NCBI GenBank assembly: GCA_050012255.1
Contig: JBEKHN010000002.1
Location: forward strand, 144,118 to 208,117
DNA length: 64,000 nucleotides
From: Candidatus Bathyarchaeia archaeon
Lineage (GTDB): Archaea > Thermoproteota > Bathyarchaeia > Bathyarchaeales > Bathycorpusculaceae
Direction: 5' to 3'
Program-made: the position numbers and the translations under genes
Notes under the pieces: model-generated
Databases searched by the model: none
Told to the model about the DNA's origin: nothing
The model's input: only the letters and a program-made list of their open reading frames with translations
In this document: positions 52,116 through 62,151 of the stretch, in pieces
Numbering within the stretch: the stretch's first letter is position 1
Layout of the letters: every line of letters begins with the position of its first letter

Positions 52116-52467
52116 TCTGAATCCCCTACTAGTTAGACAGCTTCAGATAACGACGTTATATCTCTTTCAGAAATAGGGGGTTCTGTTAACTTTGGTCAGG
52201 TGACTCTGCCAAAAGGGCCCTATGTGGAGTGCGATTCTTCTTTTGATGATTCAGATTTGCCTTATCAAAGGAGACACACAAAGTATCAACGTAGACAAGC
52301 TCGACGATCCTCTCAGTCCATTCAAGGCCCTGGCAGTGACCAGGACCGCCTCGGCCCAAATTGTGACGTGCGAATGGAATACGGTAAGTTTTAAATTTGG
52401 GGCTTTCTTTTGAGTTCAGTGAAGCCAAACCTTAATAGTGGCATGCATTATTTACGTGGCGAGAACC

Positions 52468-53052
52468 ATGGCTGAGATTGGACTAAGGTCTAAAATGCTG
52501 GTCAAAGACGTCATGAGTAGCCCAGCGGTTACTGTGGAGGAAAATGCTCCTGCTAACAAAGTTGCGGAACTCATGGTTAAACACGAGTATGGATGCATAA
52601 TAGTGACAACCAAGCAGGCAAAGCCGATGGGAATAATAACTGAGCGAGATCTTGTTGTAAGAGTCTTGGCTAAGAACGCCAAGCCAGACACCGTCAGGGC
52701 CAAGGGCATCATGACTTCTCCGCTGATGACGATAGAACCAGACGCAACGATAAGCGAGGCAGCCAAGAGAATGAGCAAATTGAACATCAGACGTCTGGGA
52801 GTCATGTACAAGGGACAGCTTGAAGGGATAATATCGAGCAAAGACGTCTTGGCCGTCATGCCTGAACTCTTAGAGACAATACAAGAGAAAGCCATGCTAG
52901 AAGGTGAAAACATGGCTGAAGAAGCACAGAAGGAATCGGCACCCCTCGCCGGATACTGCGACCACTGCGGAGTCTGGTCTGACAGCTTGACAGAAGTCAA
53001 CGGCGAATTCCTCTGCGAGGACTGCAAGGTTGAACTGGAAAGTGAGGAGTGA
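52468..53052 (+). CDS. CBS-pair protein with C-terminal Zn finger
   Basis: GIITERD; GYCDHCG..LCEDC. Confidence 0.88.
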   Translation: MAEIGLRSKMLVKDVMSSPAVTVEENAPANKVAELMVKHEYGCIIVTTKQAKPMGIITERDLVVRVLAKNAKPDTVRAKGIMTSPLMTIEPDATISEAAKRMSKLNIRRLGVMYKGQLEGIISSKDVLAVMPELLETIQEKAMLEGENMAEEAQKESAPLAGYCDHCGVWSDSLTEVNGEFLCEDCKVELESEE

Positions 53053-53849
53053 GAGGAGATCTTTTGCGTGTCAAGGAGATCATGGATCAGAAGCACCCAT
53101 CGATCTATGAAGATGAGCTCGCCACGAAAGCACGCGCGATAATGAGAGATTTTGACCTGAGGATTCTTCCAGTAACCGATAAGAACAAGATGCTTTTGGG
53201 AAAAGTTTCGCGTCGCGACGTGATGACCATTTCGTCATCTGTGTCGCCGATCACCGTGAAAGGTATTATGACGCCTGCAAAGCACATCGCAACGGTTGAG
53301 GATGAGGTAACTTCAACGTTTAGAGCTATGCTTCGAGTGGATGTTTGGCATTCACCCGTTGTCGCTTCAGCCGAGGACAAAACCTACAGGGGAGTCGTAG
53401 GGTTAGACAGCTTCATTGAATCACTGATGAAAACGAGTCCTGACCGATTTGTGAAGGACGTTTCCGAAATCATGACCACAAAGGTTGTGACATGCTCTCC
53501 AGAAGACGAGATTGATGATATCTGGCGCCTCATGACAGAAACGCGGCTCGCAGGATTGCCGGTTGTTAGGAATGGCAAGCTCGTAGGCATCGTCACGCAG
53601 AAAGACCTTCTTGAATCTGGAGCCATGCTGCCGACCTTCGAGTCTAAAAAAGGACGCTTTAGAGACTCGCCAAAAATATCTTCCGTAATGAATACAAACG
53701 TGGTTTCTGTTGAGCCTTCGACAAAGGTGATCAGAGTTGCTAGAGTCATGGTTTCCAAAGATGTTGGAAGGATCCCCGTGACTGACAAGAACCGGAAACT
53801 GCTCGGCATTGTGGATCGAGAAGACGTTGCAAGACTGATTGTCAGGTGA
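53049..53849 (+). CDS. four-CBS-domain protein
   Basis: Repeated CBS motifs LPVT, GIVTQKD, GIVDRED. Confidence 0.88.
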   Translation: MRGDLLRVKEIMDQKHPSIYEDELATKARAIMRDFDLRILPVTDKNKMLLGKVSRRDVMTISSSVSPITVKGIMTPAKHIATVEDEVTSTFRAMLRVDVWHSPVVASAEDKTYRGVVGLDSFIESLMKTSPDRFVKDVSEIMTTKVVTCSPEDEIDDIWRLMTETRLAGLPVVRNGKLVGIVTQKDLLESGAMLPTFESKKGRFRDSPKISSVMNTNVVSVEPSTKVIRVARVMVSKDVGRIPVTDKNRKLLGIVDREDVARLIVR

Positions 53850-53861
53850 GCGTGAGCGCAA

Positions 53862-54770
53862 TTGAGTAGAGAAGGCTACAGAAGAAGGCTGCGGGGAACA
53901 GGCCCCTTGGACTTGAAGACTCATCCCTCGAAGAAACGTGAAGGGGAAATACTTACAGTTGCAAAAAGCCCCGTTGTAATGGTTGCTCCAACTACGCCCA
54001 TATATGACGCGGCTCAAAAAATGGCGAAAGAAGGATTCCGCCGGCTACCCATAGCTAACCCTGGAACCAAATACCTGGAGGGAATCGTGACAGCCACGGA
54101 CATAGTCGACTACCTCGGCGGTGGGCAAAAATTTGAGATAATCCAGCATAGGTACGGTGGAAACTTCTTCAAGGCCATAAACGAGCAGATCCGGCTCATA
54201 ATGACTCAGAAAGTCATTTCAATCACGACTGAAGCAAAGATAGGTGAAGCAATCGAGAAGATGAAGGAATCAAACCTCGGCGGCTTGCCCGTAGTGGATG
54301 AAAAAAATAGCGTAAAAGCCATAGTGACCGAGCGTGACATCGCGGTTCTCTTCGCCGACCGAACGAGCGGCGTAACGGTTGCTCAACTCATGTCGGAGAA
54401 CGTGGTCACGGCTTTGCCCAAGACTACGATATTTGAGGCTGAAAAAACCATGGTGACGCAGGGGTTCAGAAGGTTGCCAATAATCTCTGACAGCAAGCTC
54501 ATCGGCATAGTGACGGCCATGGACATCATCCGCTTCTTCGGTTGCGGAGAAGTCTTCAGCCACTTACGATCTGGGGCAATAATCCAAGTTTTAAACACGC
54601 CTGCGCTTGAGATAGCGACAAAGAACGTTTCAACCGTAGACCCCGAAACCGATGTGGGTCAAGCTGCAAAGATCATGAGGGAGAAGGACATAGGAGCCGT
54701 GCCCGTTGTCAAGAACGGAGCGCTCGTCGGCATATTCACAGAAAGAGACTTCTTCAAAATAATCGAATAG
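53862..54770 (+). CDS. four-CBS-domain protein
   Basis: GFRRLP twice, GIVT.TD, GIFTERD. Confidence 0.88.
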   Translation: MSREGYRRRLRGTGPLDLKTHPSKKREGEILTVAKSPVVMVAPTTPIYDAAQKMAKEGFRRLPIANPGTKYLEGIVTATDIVDYLGGGQKFEIIQHRYGGNFFKAINEQIRLIMTQKVISITTEAKIGEAIEKMKESNLGGLPVVDEKNSVKAIVTERDIAVLFADRTSGVTVAQLMSENVVTALPKTTIFEAEKTMVTQGFRRLPIISDSKLIGIVTAMDIIRFFGCGEVFSHLRSGAIIQVLNTPALEIATKNVSTVDPETDVGQAAKIMREKDIGAVPVVKNGALVGIFTERDFFKIIE

Positions 54771-54896
54771 CGCGTTGCTGTTTGCAATTTCCATTTAGAT
54801 GTTCACGGGTCTACCCCATCGAGCCTAATCATGCTGTTTAGCGGCGTGCGGTTCCATTATTCTTCAGAAAAACAAAAAGTGGTTGTTGCGGCATTG

Positions 54897-55790
54897 TTAC
54901 TCAGAATTGTTACGGGTGACTGACAGAACCGTAGATTTCAATTTAGCGCGCTTTTCAACAACTTTCATCAAGAGGTATGTTAAACCTGCTCCGGCAATAG
55001 AGATTCCGGGCAATGCAACGGTTGCGACGTTCAACGCTTCTGTAACGGCCGTTTCATTTGTCGAGATTTCCGTGCGGACATCATAAATGGACGTGAATGT
55101 GCTAGTCATGCCAGGTGGAATAATGCCGCTGATAGTGTCTTGGGAACTGAAACGAACCGAGAATAGATAGTTTCCCGGGGCAAGCTTTGTTGACTTGTCT
55201 ACAAACGTTCCATCGACAAACCCTGGGGGAATCGTTCGCAAAGGGTAAACCCAGGAGGAATCGTTAGCAAAGAGTCTGGAGCTGTTTAAGTCGATTACAC
55301 ATGATCCCTCAGACCAGAACCCCATCCCTGGACCGATTGTAAATGGCAGTTGCCCAGTATTGTCTGCGAAAAATATCGTCTTGTTTTCAAATGACAACGT
55401 CAGGTTTATCCTGTAGTCCTGGGTCACCCACCCAAAGAGCGTCCCCTCACCAAAGTACACCCCTACACGAAGGCTTTCAGCTCGATCGCTAACATTGAAT
55501 GCATAAGTCTTCGTCGCCCTAGATGAACCGTTATAAGTAAGGTCACTTGTCTCTTCAGTTGAAAAAGGTTCACCATAAAATGCCTTGCTACCGATAACAC
55601 GGACAGTTCCGTTGTAGTCGAGCACCCTGAAAAAACCCTCCATTCTCGCAGTGTTGCCAGCGCTGTTTGTCATCACCAATGCACCAGGGAATACGTACAG
55701 GCCGACAATAAAAACGATCAGACCAACGACGCAAGCAGCAACAAATGCGCTTCTTTCACGCAAAAGACATTTCACCCAATGACAGTGCAC
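54897..55790 (-). CDS. hypothetical membrane-anchored extracellular protein
   Basis: N- and C-terminal TM segments; beta-rich core with several N-x-S/T sequons. Confidence 0.6.
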   Translation of the reverse strand: MHCHWVKCLLRERSAFVAACVVGLIVFIVGLYVFPGALVMTNSAGNTARMEGFFRVLDYNGTVRVIGSKAFYGEPFSTEETSDLTYNGSSRATKTYAFNVSDRAESLRVGVYFGEGTLFGWVTQDYRINLTLSFENKTIFFADNTGQLPFTIGPGMGFWSEGSCVIDLNSSRLFANDSSWVYPLRTIPPGFVDGTFVDKSTKLAPGNYLFSVRFSSQDTISGIIPPGMTSTFTSIYDVRTEISTNETAVTEALNVATVALPGISIAGAGLTYLLMKVVEKRAKLKSTVLSVTRNNSE

Positions 55791-56206
55791 TCAGAGATGG
55801 AAGCATTCATTAAACCACAATATATAGTCTTGGTAATTCAGGGTGTTCGGAGCGCCGACGTATCCGTTGTCGTTACAATTCATTGTGAAATGTACAACAT
55901 TTGACAGGTCTAAAATTCTCACCTCAGTTGAGTAAGACTGCCGGGCCAGCGTCTCCTCTTTCCATGCACATGCGCATTAGAATAATGCCCCGAAAGATGC
56001 CGACGAATTCTTCTCAGAAGGACATGCAGACCTTCATGGGTCCTGAGATAACAACGCGTACTGTTGAGTCCATATTTTCACCCGGCATTCAAAAGTAGTA
56101 GACCATCTGAAAAGTCTAAAAAGAATATCACAATTTCTCATGGAAACGACAAATGCCTAAATAAGATCCAGTAATGCAAGCTAAGTAATCAGGAGAAACA
56201 GGTAAC

Positions 56207-57346
56207 ATGGTCAAACCAGGCACTTATTTCTGGTCAGGAAACGAAGCCTGCGTTGAAGCAGCAATAATCGCTGGTTGCAGATTCTTCGCTGGATACCCAA
56301 TATCACCCTCAAACGAGATACTTGAACGCCTCTCAGAACGCCTACCGCAGGTTGACGGCATATTCCTGCAGATGGAAGACGAGCTGGCTTCGATAGGCGC
56401 GGTTATGGGCGCCAGCTGGGCAGGGAAGAAGGCTATGACGGCCACTTCTGGACCGGGCTTCAGCCTGATGCAGGAGACTATAGGCTGGGGCTTCATGACT
56501 GAAACCCCGTGTGTGATAGTTGATGTTCAAAGAGTTGGACCTGGCACTGGACAGGCAACCAAGTGCGGTCAAGGAGACGTAATGCAAGCACGTTGGGGAA
56601 CTCACGGTGACTACGCGGCAATCGCGCTTTCGCCTAACTCGGTGCAAGAGATGTTCGAACTTACGGTGAGAGCTTTCAACTTGGCTGAAAAGTATCGCAC
56701 GCCCGTGATCCTGTTGGCAGACGAGACCATAGCTCATTTGAGGGAGCAGGCAACTGTGCCGCGACTTAAGCAAATAAAAATATTTGACCGAAAAAAACCA
56801 GGACCCAAGGACAGAGCTTTCTTCGGCTCAGAAGAAGTTGCGCCGATGCCATCGGTAGGCGAAGGCTTCAACGTCGCTGTTACAGCTTCGACCCACGACG
56901 AGTATGGTGTTCGATTTACACAGGACCCGCTTGTTCACAGAAGAATGTTAAGCAAACTTAATGCCAAGATAAACGATCACGCAGACGACATCGTTGAAGT
57001 GGAAGACTACAACGTTGACGATTGCAAGGTTGGCATAGTCTCCTACGGCTGCACGTCCCGCGCTGTCTACGAGGCTACTGAACGGGCAGAAGCTGAAGGA
57101 ACGAGCACAGGCTACGTCAGACTGAAGACAATCTGGCCTTTTCCAGACAAGGCTGTCAAACGACTCGCTGAAAGTGCTGAAAGAATAATCGTTCCAGAGA
57201 TGAACCTTGGGCAAATCAGCCGCGAAGTTCAAAGAGTTGCGTGCAACGCAGAGGTCATTCCGCTGAACAAGATCGGCGGAGGAGAACTTATCACGCCTGA
57301 AGAGTTACTGACCAAGATTCTGGAAGGAGGAAAGCAAAGTGGCTGA
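56207..57346 (+). CDS. 2-oxoacid:ferredoxin oxidoreductase alpha subunit
   Basis: GNEA, FAGYPISP, TATSGPG, QRVGPGTG, EMNLGQ. Confidence 0.92.
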   Translation: MVKPGTYFWSGNEACVEAAIIAGCRFFAGYPISPSNEILERLSERLPQVDGIFLQMEDELASIGAVMGASWAGKKAMTATSGPGFSLMQETIGWGFMTETPCVIVDVQRVGPGTGQATKCGQGDVMQARWGTHGDYAAIALSPNSVQEMFELTVRAFNLAEKYRTPVILLADETIAHLREQATVPRLKQIKIFDRKKPGPKDRAFFGSEEVAPMPSVGEGFNVAVTASTHDEYGVRFTQDPLVHRRMLSKLNAKINDHADDIVEVEDYNVDDCKVGIVSYGCTSRAVYEATERAEAEGTSTGYVRLKTIWPFPDKAVKRLAESAERIIVPEMNLGQISREVQRVACNAEVIPLNKIGGGELITPEELLTKILEGGKQSG

Positions 57347-58178
57347 AGCATTCTCACCTCGAAAGTACATGAGAGACTTAAGATTGCCCTTCTGCGCAGG
57401 CTGCGGACTTTTTTCACTCAGTGACGCTTTTCTCAGAGCCGTGCACGAGCTGGGCCACGAAGACCTGACCGGCTTCTGTTTCACAAGCGGCATAGGCTGC
57501 TCCTCATGGATTCCTTCGCCCTATTTTGAAGCCGATTCGGTCCACACACTTCATGGAAGAAGCATACCGCCCGCCACCAGCATAAAACTCATACGCCCAG
57601 ACCTGAACGTCGTGGTCTTCGGCGGCGACGGAGACATAGTCGGCATAGGCCTAAGCCACTTCCTACACGCAGCGAGGAGAAACACCGATATCCTCGTCAT
57701 AATGGGCAACAACATGGTTTACGGAATGACAGGCGGCCAAGTAGCCCCCACAACACCCTTCAAAACGCGGACGACAACCACGCCGTACGGAAGCTTTGAG
57801 TATCCAATAGATGCGGCGAAGCTCGCAGTTGCGGCTGGAGCGGCATACTCCGCGCGATGGACAACCGCACATTTGCACGAATTAGTAGAGTCAATCAAAA
57901 AAGCATTGCAGATGCAAGGTTTCAGGTTCATCGAAGTTGTGACCCACTGCCCAACAGCCTACGGGAGGAGAGCAGGATTCAAAAACATCGCAGAAATGCT
58001 CAAGCACTTCAAAGAAAACGCCGTCACAGTTCAGCAAGCTGAAAAGATGAGTCCTGAAGAGCTTGAAGCGAAAATAGTCGTCGGAGAATTCGTTACAAGA
58101 AGACGCCCAACACTGGTTGAAACAGTATATGCCGTGATTAAGGAGGCAAAGGAAAACGGCGATCAAAAAAGAGATTAG
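57339..58178 (+). CDS. 2-oxoacid:ferredoxin oxidoreductase beta subunit
   Basis: CAGCG, SGIGCS, HGR, GDGD..NN..YGMTGGQ, CPT. Confidence 0.92.
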   Translation: MAEAFSPRKYMRDLRLPFCAGCGLFSLSDAFLRAVHELGHEDLTGFCFTSGIGCSSWIPSPYFEADSVHTLHGRSIPPATSIKLIRPDLNVVVFGGDGDIVGIGLSHFLHAARRNTDILVIMGNNMVYGMTGGQVAPTTPFKTRTTTTPYGSFEYPIDAAKLAVAAGAAYSARWTTAHLHELVESIKKALQMQGFRFIEVVTHCPTAYGRRAGFKNIAEMLKHFKENAVTVQQAEKMSPEELEAKIVVGEFVTRRRPTLVETVYAVIKEAKENGDQKRD

Positions 58179-58683
58179 AATAGGCGGAAGCGGCGGGCAA
58201 GGCATAGTCTTGGCCGCCCAAATATTGGGCAAGGCCGCAGTCCTAGATGGGAAAAATGCGTTACAAACGCAGACATACGGCGCCGAAGCAAGAGGAAGCC
58301 TTGCCACGAGCGAAGTCATAATCTCAGACAACAAAATAGGGTTCCCAGCAGTCAGAAGACCCGACGTACTAGTGGCTATGAGTCAGGAAGCGCTTGACAG
58401 GCTACTCAAGGATTTGAAGGAGAACGGAACGCTGATAATTGACAGTTCCAACGTGACCAAGATACCCGAATCAAAGGCAAGGGTCTACAGGTTTCCGATA
58501 ACAGAAACGGCGAAGAAAACTTTCGGAGAAGCCATGTACGCTAACATGGTTATGCTTGGAGCTTTAATAAGGATGACCAGACTGGTCACGGTTCAATCAA
58601 TGGAAAAAACGATAAGAGAAAATGTCTCAGCAAAGACTGTGGAAACCAACATCAACGCCTTTAGAAGAGGATTACAACTCTAA
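58156..58683 (+). CDS. 2-oxoacid:ferredoxin oxidoreductase gamma subunit (apparent ACG start)
   Basis: Frame extends 5' of the ORF-track start to include EIRIGGSGGQG; YGAEARG, NMVMLGA. Confidence 0.85.
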   Translation, partial: TAIKKEIRIGGSGGQGIVLAAQILGKAAVLDGKNALQTQTYGAEARGSLATSEVIISDNKIGFPAVRRPDVLVAMSQEALDRLLKDLKENGTLIIDSSNVTKIPESKARVYRFPITETAKKTFGEAMYANMVMLGALIRMTRLVTVQSMEKTIRENVSAKTVETNINAFRRGLQL

Positions 58684-58775
58684 TTTTGGCGCGCGCAAAA
58701 CAGACACGTTCTTGGCATGTGCGAAGAGTATATGTTTGTTGGCTGCCATATTGTGAATGTTCTTGCCGGGGTTGA

Positions 58776-59693
58776 TTGATGTCTGAACAACCACTTGATT
58801 TTGATCCGCGGGATTGGCACAATGTCCAAGCAGCGGACGAGATGGATGTATCCAGATATTTCGAGTATGATGATGACGCGATCTTCCAATTGAGGAAATG
58901 GCTCAGGCTGGATCAGGCTGCTCCCAAGACCATAGTGGAAATAGGATGTGGAGGCGGATACTTCACTGGAAAGCTTGTTGCGATGGCTTCTGCATTGAAG
59001 GAGATTTGGGCAGTCGAGCCTGACGATGTTCTAAGAGAGTATGCGTCGCGGAAATTCTCTTCTCTGGTCAAATTCCTGAAGGGTACTGCGGAGAAGATAC
59101 CGTTGTCTGAGGAATTCGCCGACCTGACAGTCTGCCACATCGTGCTCAGCAACCTACCTGATGTACCTCGAGCTGTGGCTGAAATGGCCCGGGTGACAAA
59201 AAAAGACGGAATAGTTGCTGCGATAGAGCCCGGCGAAAGCCGAATGCACTATTCGCCTGATCCTAAATTGAATGAGATGGAAGAGAAAGTGTTGCAGGCA
59301 TACGGAAAAGGCATCTGGGACCTGCGGACCAGACTATTTGACTTTTCAAAGGATTTGAAAAAGAAAAACGCTCGGTACCCAGAGGTGTTCAATAATTGTG
59401 GTCTGCGCAACGTAGAGGTACATGGTTTGCTTTCTGTCTTCTTACTCAGCGATCCTCGTAGAGATGCTACGGAAATTCTTGGCTGGCTCAAGAAGCGGGT
59501 ATTTCTTTTCGAAAGAGACTGGGATCGTACAAAAGTCATCCTTCAGCGCGGAGGGCTCGGAGGGCATGATATCCAAGCATATTTTGAGGCTGAGAAAGCG
59601 TATCTAGGCAATTTGATCGAGCATCCCGAGCAGATCTCCAAGACCCATGAGTTACAAACGTATTCGCGTACAGTAACCATTGGATTCAAATGA
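58776..59693 (+). CDS. class I SAM-dependent methyltransferase
   Basis: VEIGCGGG, GTAEKIPL, EMARVTK.DG. Confidence 0.85.
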   Translation: MMSEQPLDFDPRDWHNVQAADEMDVSRYFEYDDDAIFQLRKWLRLDQAAPKTIVEIGCGGGYFTGKLVAMASALKEIWAVEPDDVLREYASRKFSSLVKFLKGTAEKIPLSEEFADLTVCHIVLSNLPDVPRAVAEMARVTKKDGIVAAIEPGESRMHYSPDPKLNEMEEKVLQAYGKGIWDLRTRLFDFSKDLKKKNARYPEVFNNCGLRNVEVHGLLSVFLLSDPRRDATEILGWLKKRVFLFERDWDRTKVILQRGGLGGHDIQAYFEAEKAYLGNLIEHPEQISKTHELQTYSRTVTIGFK

Positions 59694-59955
59694 GGAAAAT
59701 GAAGGGATCTGAGCCAAGCGCGCGCACCAAGGAAATGGGTGTAATCTAAGCTCCAGGAACTCATTCCTAAAGGTTTGAAACTTCATTCGCTGCGTCTACT
59801 GTTCCATTCTTCGCTAGGCAGGTTCAGGTTCTGGATTCTGTTGGTACTTGTTTAGATTCATCAAGGTTCATCCAATGGGTTTCGTTTCCTCACTTTTCAA
59901 CACGACTAAATCGCAAGAGAAAAGCTCTTTGCCTTGATAACCGTCACGTACCGTA

Positions 59956-60483
59956 ATGACTCCGGCGAATTGTGACCATCGTATGAGAGTGCGAATCAGG
60001 CAAGTGAAGGATGAAGAGGTTCCGGCAATCCTTAGATGGCTAGAGGACCCTCCCTTCCGTTCCGAGTTTCTGGCATTCGGCAGAGATTCGGATTCAGTGG
60101 TAATTGAGAAGTTAGGAGACGTGGTTCACGGTAAGGAGGAGGCAAGTTATCTAGCGATCGAACGAATAATGGATTCAAAGCTTATCGGCTTAGTTTTCTC
60201 CCACAAAGTTCCCAATTTTCATTACTTCGAAGTGGGGTTCTACGTTGTTCCTCAGGAGAGAAGCAAGGGCTACGGTACGAAAGCGATGAGATTACTCTTG
60301 GAGCACATCTTTGAAAAGCGATCAGTTAAGACGATTGTGGCTGGAACGTCTTCTCTTAACGTAGCATCGCAGAAGGCCTTGCTGAAAGCTGGGTTCAAAA
60401 AAGTTGGGACGCTCAAGAAGACACTTTTCAGGAATGGTTTGTGGGAGGATTCGATAATCTACCAAGTCACGAGCGATGAGTGA
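59956..60483 (+). CDS. RimJ/RimL-type GNAT acetyltransferase
   Basis: EVGF..KGYGT, NVASQKALLKAGF, RNGLWED. Confidence 0.85.
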   Translation: MTPANCDHRMRVRIRQVKDEEVPAILRWLEDPPFRSEFLAFGRDSDSVVIEKLGDVVHGKEEASYLAIERIMDSKLIGLVFSHKVPNFHYFEVGFYVVPQERSKGYGTKAMRLLLEHIFEKRSVKTIVAGTSSLNVASQKALLKAGFKKVGTLKKTLFRNGLWEDSIIYQVTSDE

Positions 60484-60542
60484 GGTTTAGAAGGTTCGCT
60501 GAAGAAGGAAAAAGGTTCTCAAATCCTCTAACAGGGCGCGCG

Positions 60543-60734
60543 CTGAGCAAGATTGATGTCGAATACGGTCTTGATGATATGTTGAAGTTCAGAGACAACG
60601 TTTTCGTTCTTTTCTATGCTTCACAGTGTCCTTTTTCACAGAGGTTCTTGCCAATTTTTGAAAAGTTCGCTCAAGGCAAAGCGCAGAGTTGTCTACGCGT
60701 TAAAACTGACGATAAGGCAAGTCTCTGCGAGAAA
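60543..60734 (+). pseudogene. thioredoxin-like fragment, C-terminal half missing
   Basis: VFVLFYASQCPFSQRFLPIFEK..DDKASLCEK, then similarity ends at GCGCGCGCG with no cis-Pro strand. Confidence 0.7.
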
Positions 60735-60743
60735 GCGCGCGCG

Positions 60744-60844
60744 TTAAGGCTGACGTTGTCGATCGCTACGCTGACTGCCAAGAATCCTGGTGCAATCACA
60801 GTTGGAATAACCGTGATTGTTGGCAGTGCTTTCTTTAGGTTCAT
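60744..60844 (-). pseudogene. N-terminal signal-peptide-like fragment
   Basis: GGAAGTGA SD-like, then MNLKKALPTITVIPTVIAPGFLAVSVAIDNVSLN running into the GC repeat. Confidence 0.4.
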
Positions 60845-60909
60845 TCAGTCACTTCCTATGTTGTTTTGAAAAGAAAGAAGACCTAGCTCTGTTTCGAGGG
60901 AATTGGCGC

Positions 60910-61150
60910 GCCCTTGGGAACACTTTTATTTAGGAACCCCTCAGCCTTGGATGGGTTTCCCGGTTCAATCCAACAAATGCAACTGGTGCCTGTCAGTTTG
61001 CTACAGGGTTGAATCGTTGGGAACCCTCTCCTTCCTTTTGAGGAAAGGTGCAGGAGTAAAGTTTGCCTAGCTTGGGGACATTTAAGAAAGTTGCCACCTA
61101 GAAAGAGTCCTTGGTAACAGGATATGCTCTGCAAGTTGCCTGTACCTAAG
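60910..61150 (+). ncRNA. candidate multi-stem structured RNA
   Basis: 19-bp stem 60953-61026 with G-U pairs, hairpin 61028-61056, GTAA-capped stem 61104-61130. Confidence 0.45.
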
Positions 61151-61195
61151 TCACTTCTCTGAGCGCGCGCTATTTATCATATCGAGCCAAAGTAG

Positions 61196-61762
61196 TCATG
61201 ATTTAGGGAACTGTTCTTTCAGATATGGACAGTTCTTGTCTTCAACACGATCATAATATCCTATCTCCCAATCTTTTGGACTCAATAGGCCGTATTCTGT
61301 GCAACCAAGCATCCACGACATAACGTGCGCTATTTCGACTCTTTCATTTGACTTGAAGTAGCGCTTCTTGACCATTTGGAGGACTAGTTTGCTCATTTTG
61401 GCTAGGAAGTCACAGAATTCGGCGAACTTTCTTGGTCCAAACTCATCAATTCTTTTCTTAGGAGACTAGGCAACATATTTTTCAAAGGGATGGTTAACGC
61501 CTGGATCGACAACAAACTTGTCTTCAAATAGCAAACTTCCGAGCTTGTAAGCAATCTTACTCCTAATCACTTCTTTGACTCTGGGCTCTACTTAAACACG
61601 GTAACTGAAGACAGCTTCATCATCCATGCGGTTTCTAATCAAGAAGTGCTGATTCTTTACACCTTCACCATCCTTCATGAAAGCATAGAAATCGACGAGG
61701 ACGCTCCTTATGTTGTCTTGCTTACATTTGAAAACAGTTACACACCAATCATTACTTTCCAT
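61196..61762 (-). pseudogene. hypothetical protein gene with two in-frame stops
   Basis: ORFs 61592-61810 and 61196-61396 share one frame, interrupted by TAA at 61592-61594 and TAG at 61466-61468. Confidence 0.7.
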
Positions 61763-62022
61763 AGCAGACATCACTCTATCTTCGAATTTCTTACTATAAA
61801 ACGCTAGCACTCACGCTTGAACCTAAGAAGACCAAGAGGGTCTTTGCAAAAATCTGGCATAGAACGCTTTTCATACAGTTCACCCATACACTAACACCCT
61901 AAAAAACAAAAAGCTACTTGAGTGTTTATTGGGCCACTTACCTTGCAGGGGGGAGGTAGCCTTGACCTTATGGTTAAATATGTGGCCAGTCAAGATAACA
62001 TTCTGATTAGGGGAGGAAGTGA

Positions 62023-62151
62023 ATGCAGGAAAGGGCTAGGCGAAAGTGTAAAGCTTGTGGAAACCTGTTCATGCCAGACAATGATTTTCAAGGCTTCTGC
62101 TCAGACAGGTGCTACCACGTTTTCAGAGGAGAAATAAAACCAAGTGCCTAG
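62023..62151 (+). CDS. 42-aa zinc-finger microprotein (absent from ORF track)
   Basis: MQERARRKCKACGNLFMPDNDFQGFCSDRCYHVFRGEIKPSA; GGAGG SD, TTAAATA upstream. Confidence 0.65.
   Translation: MQERARRKCKACGNLFMPDNDFQGFCSDRCYHVFRGEIKPSA

Noticed and set aside
52170-52410. RNase P RNA (ACAGAA near one end on the minus strand)
   Set aside because: No GAGGAAAGUCC-type element and no P4 complementarity.
55925-56075. Minus-strand ORF with an internal TGA (possible selenoprotein)
   Set aside because: No recognisable family or SECIS; more likely decayed or spurious.
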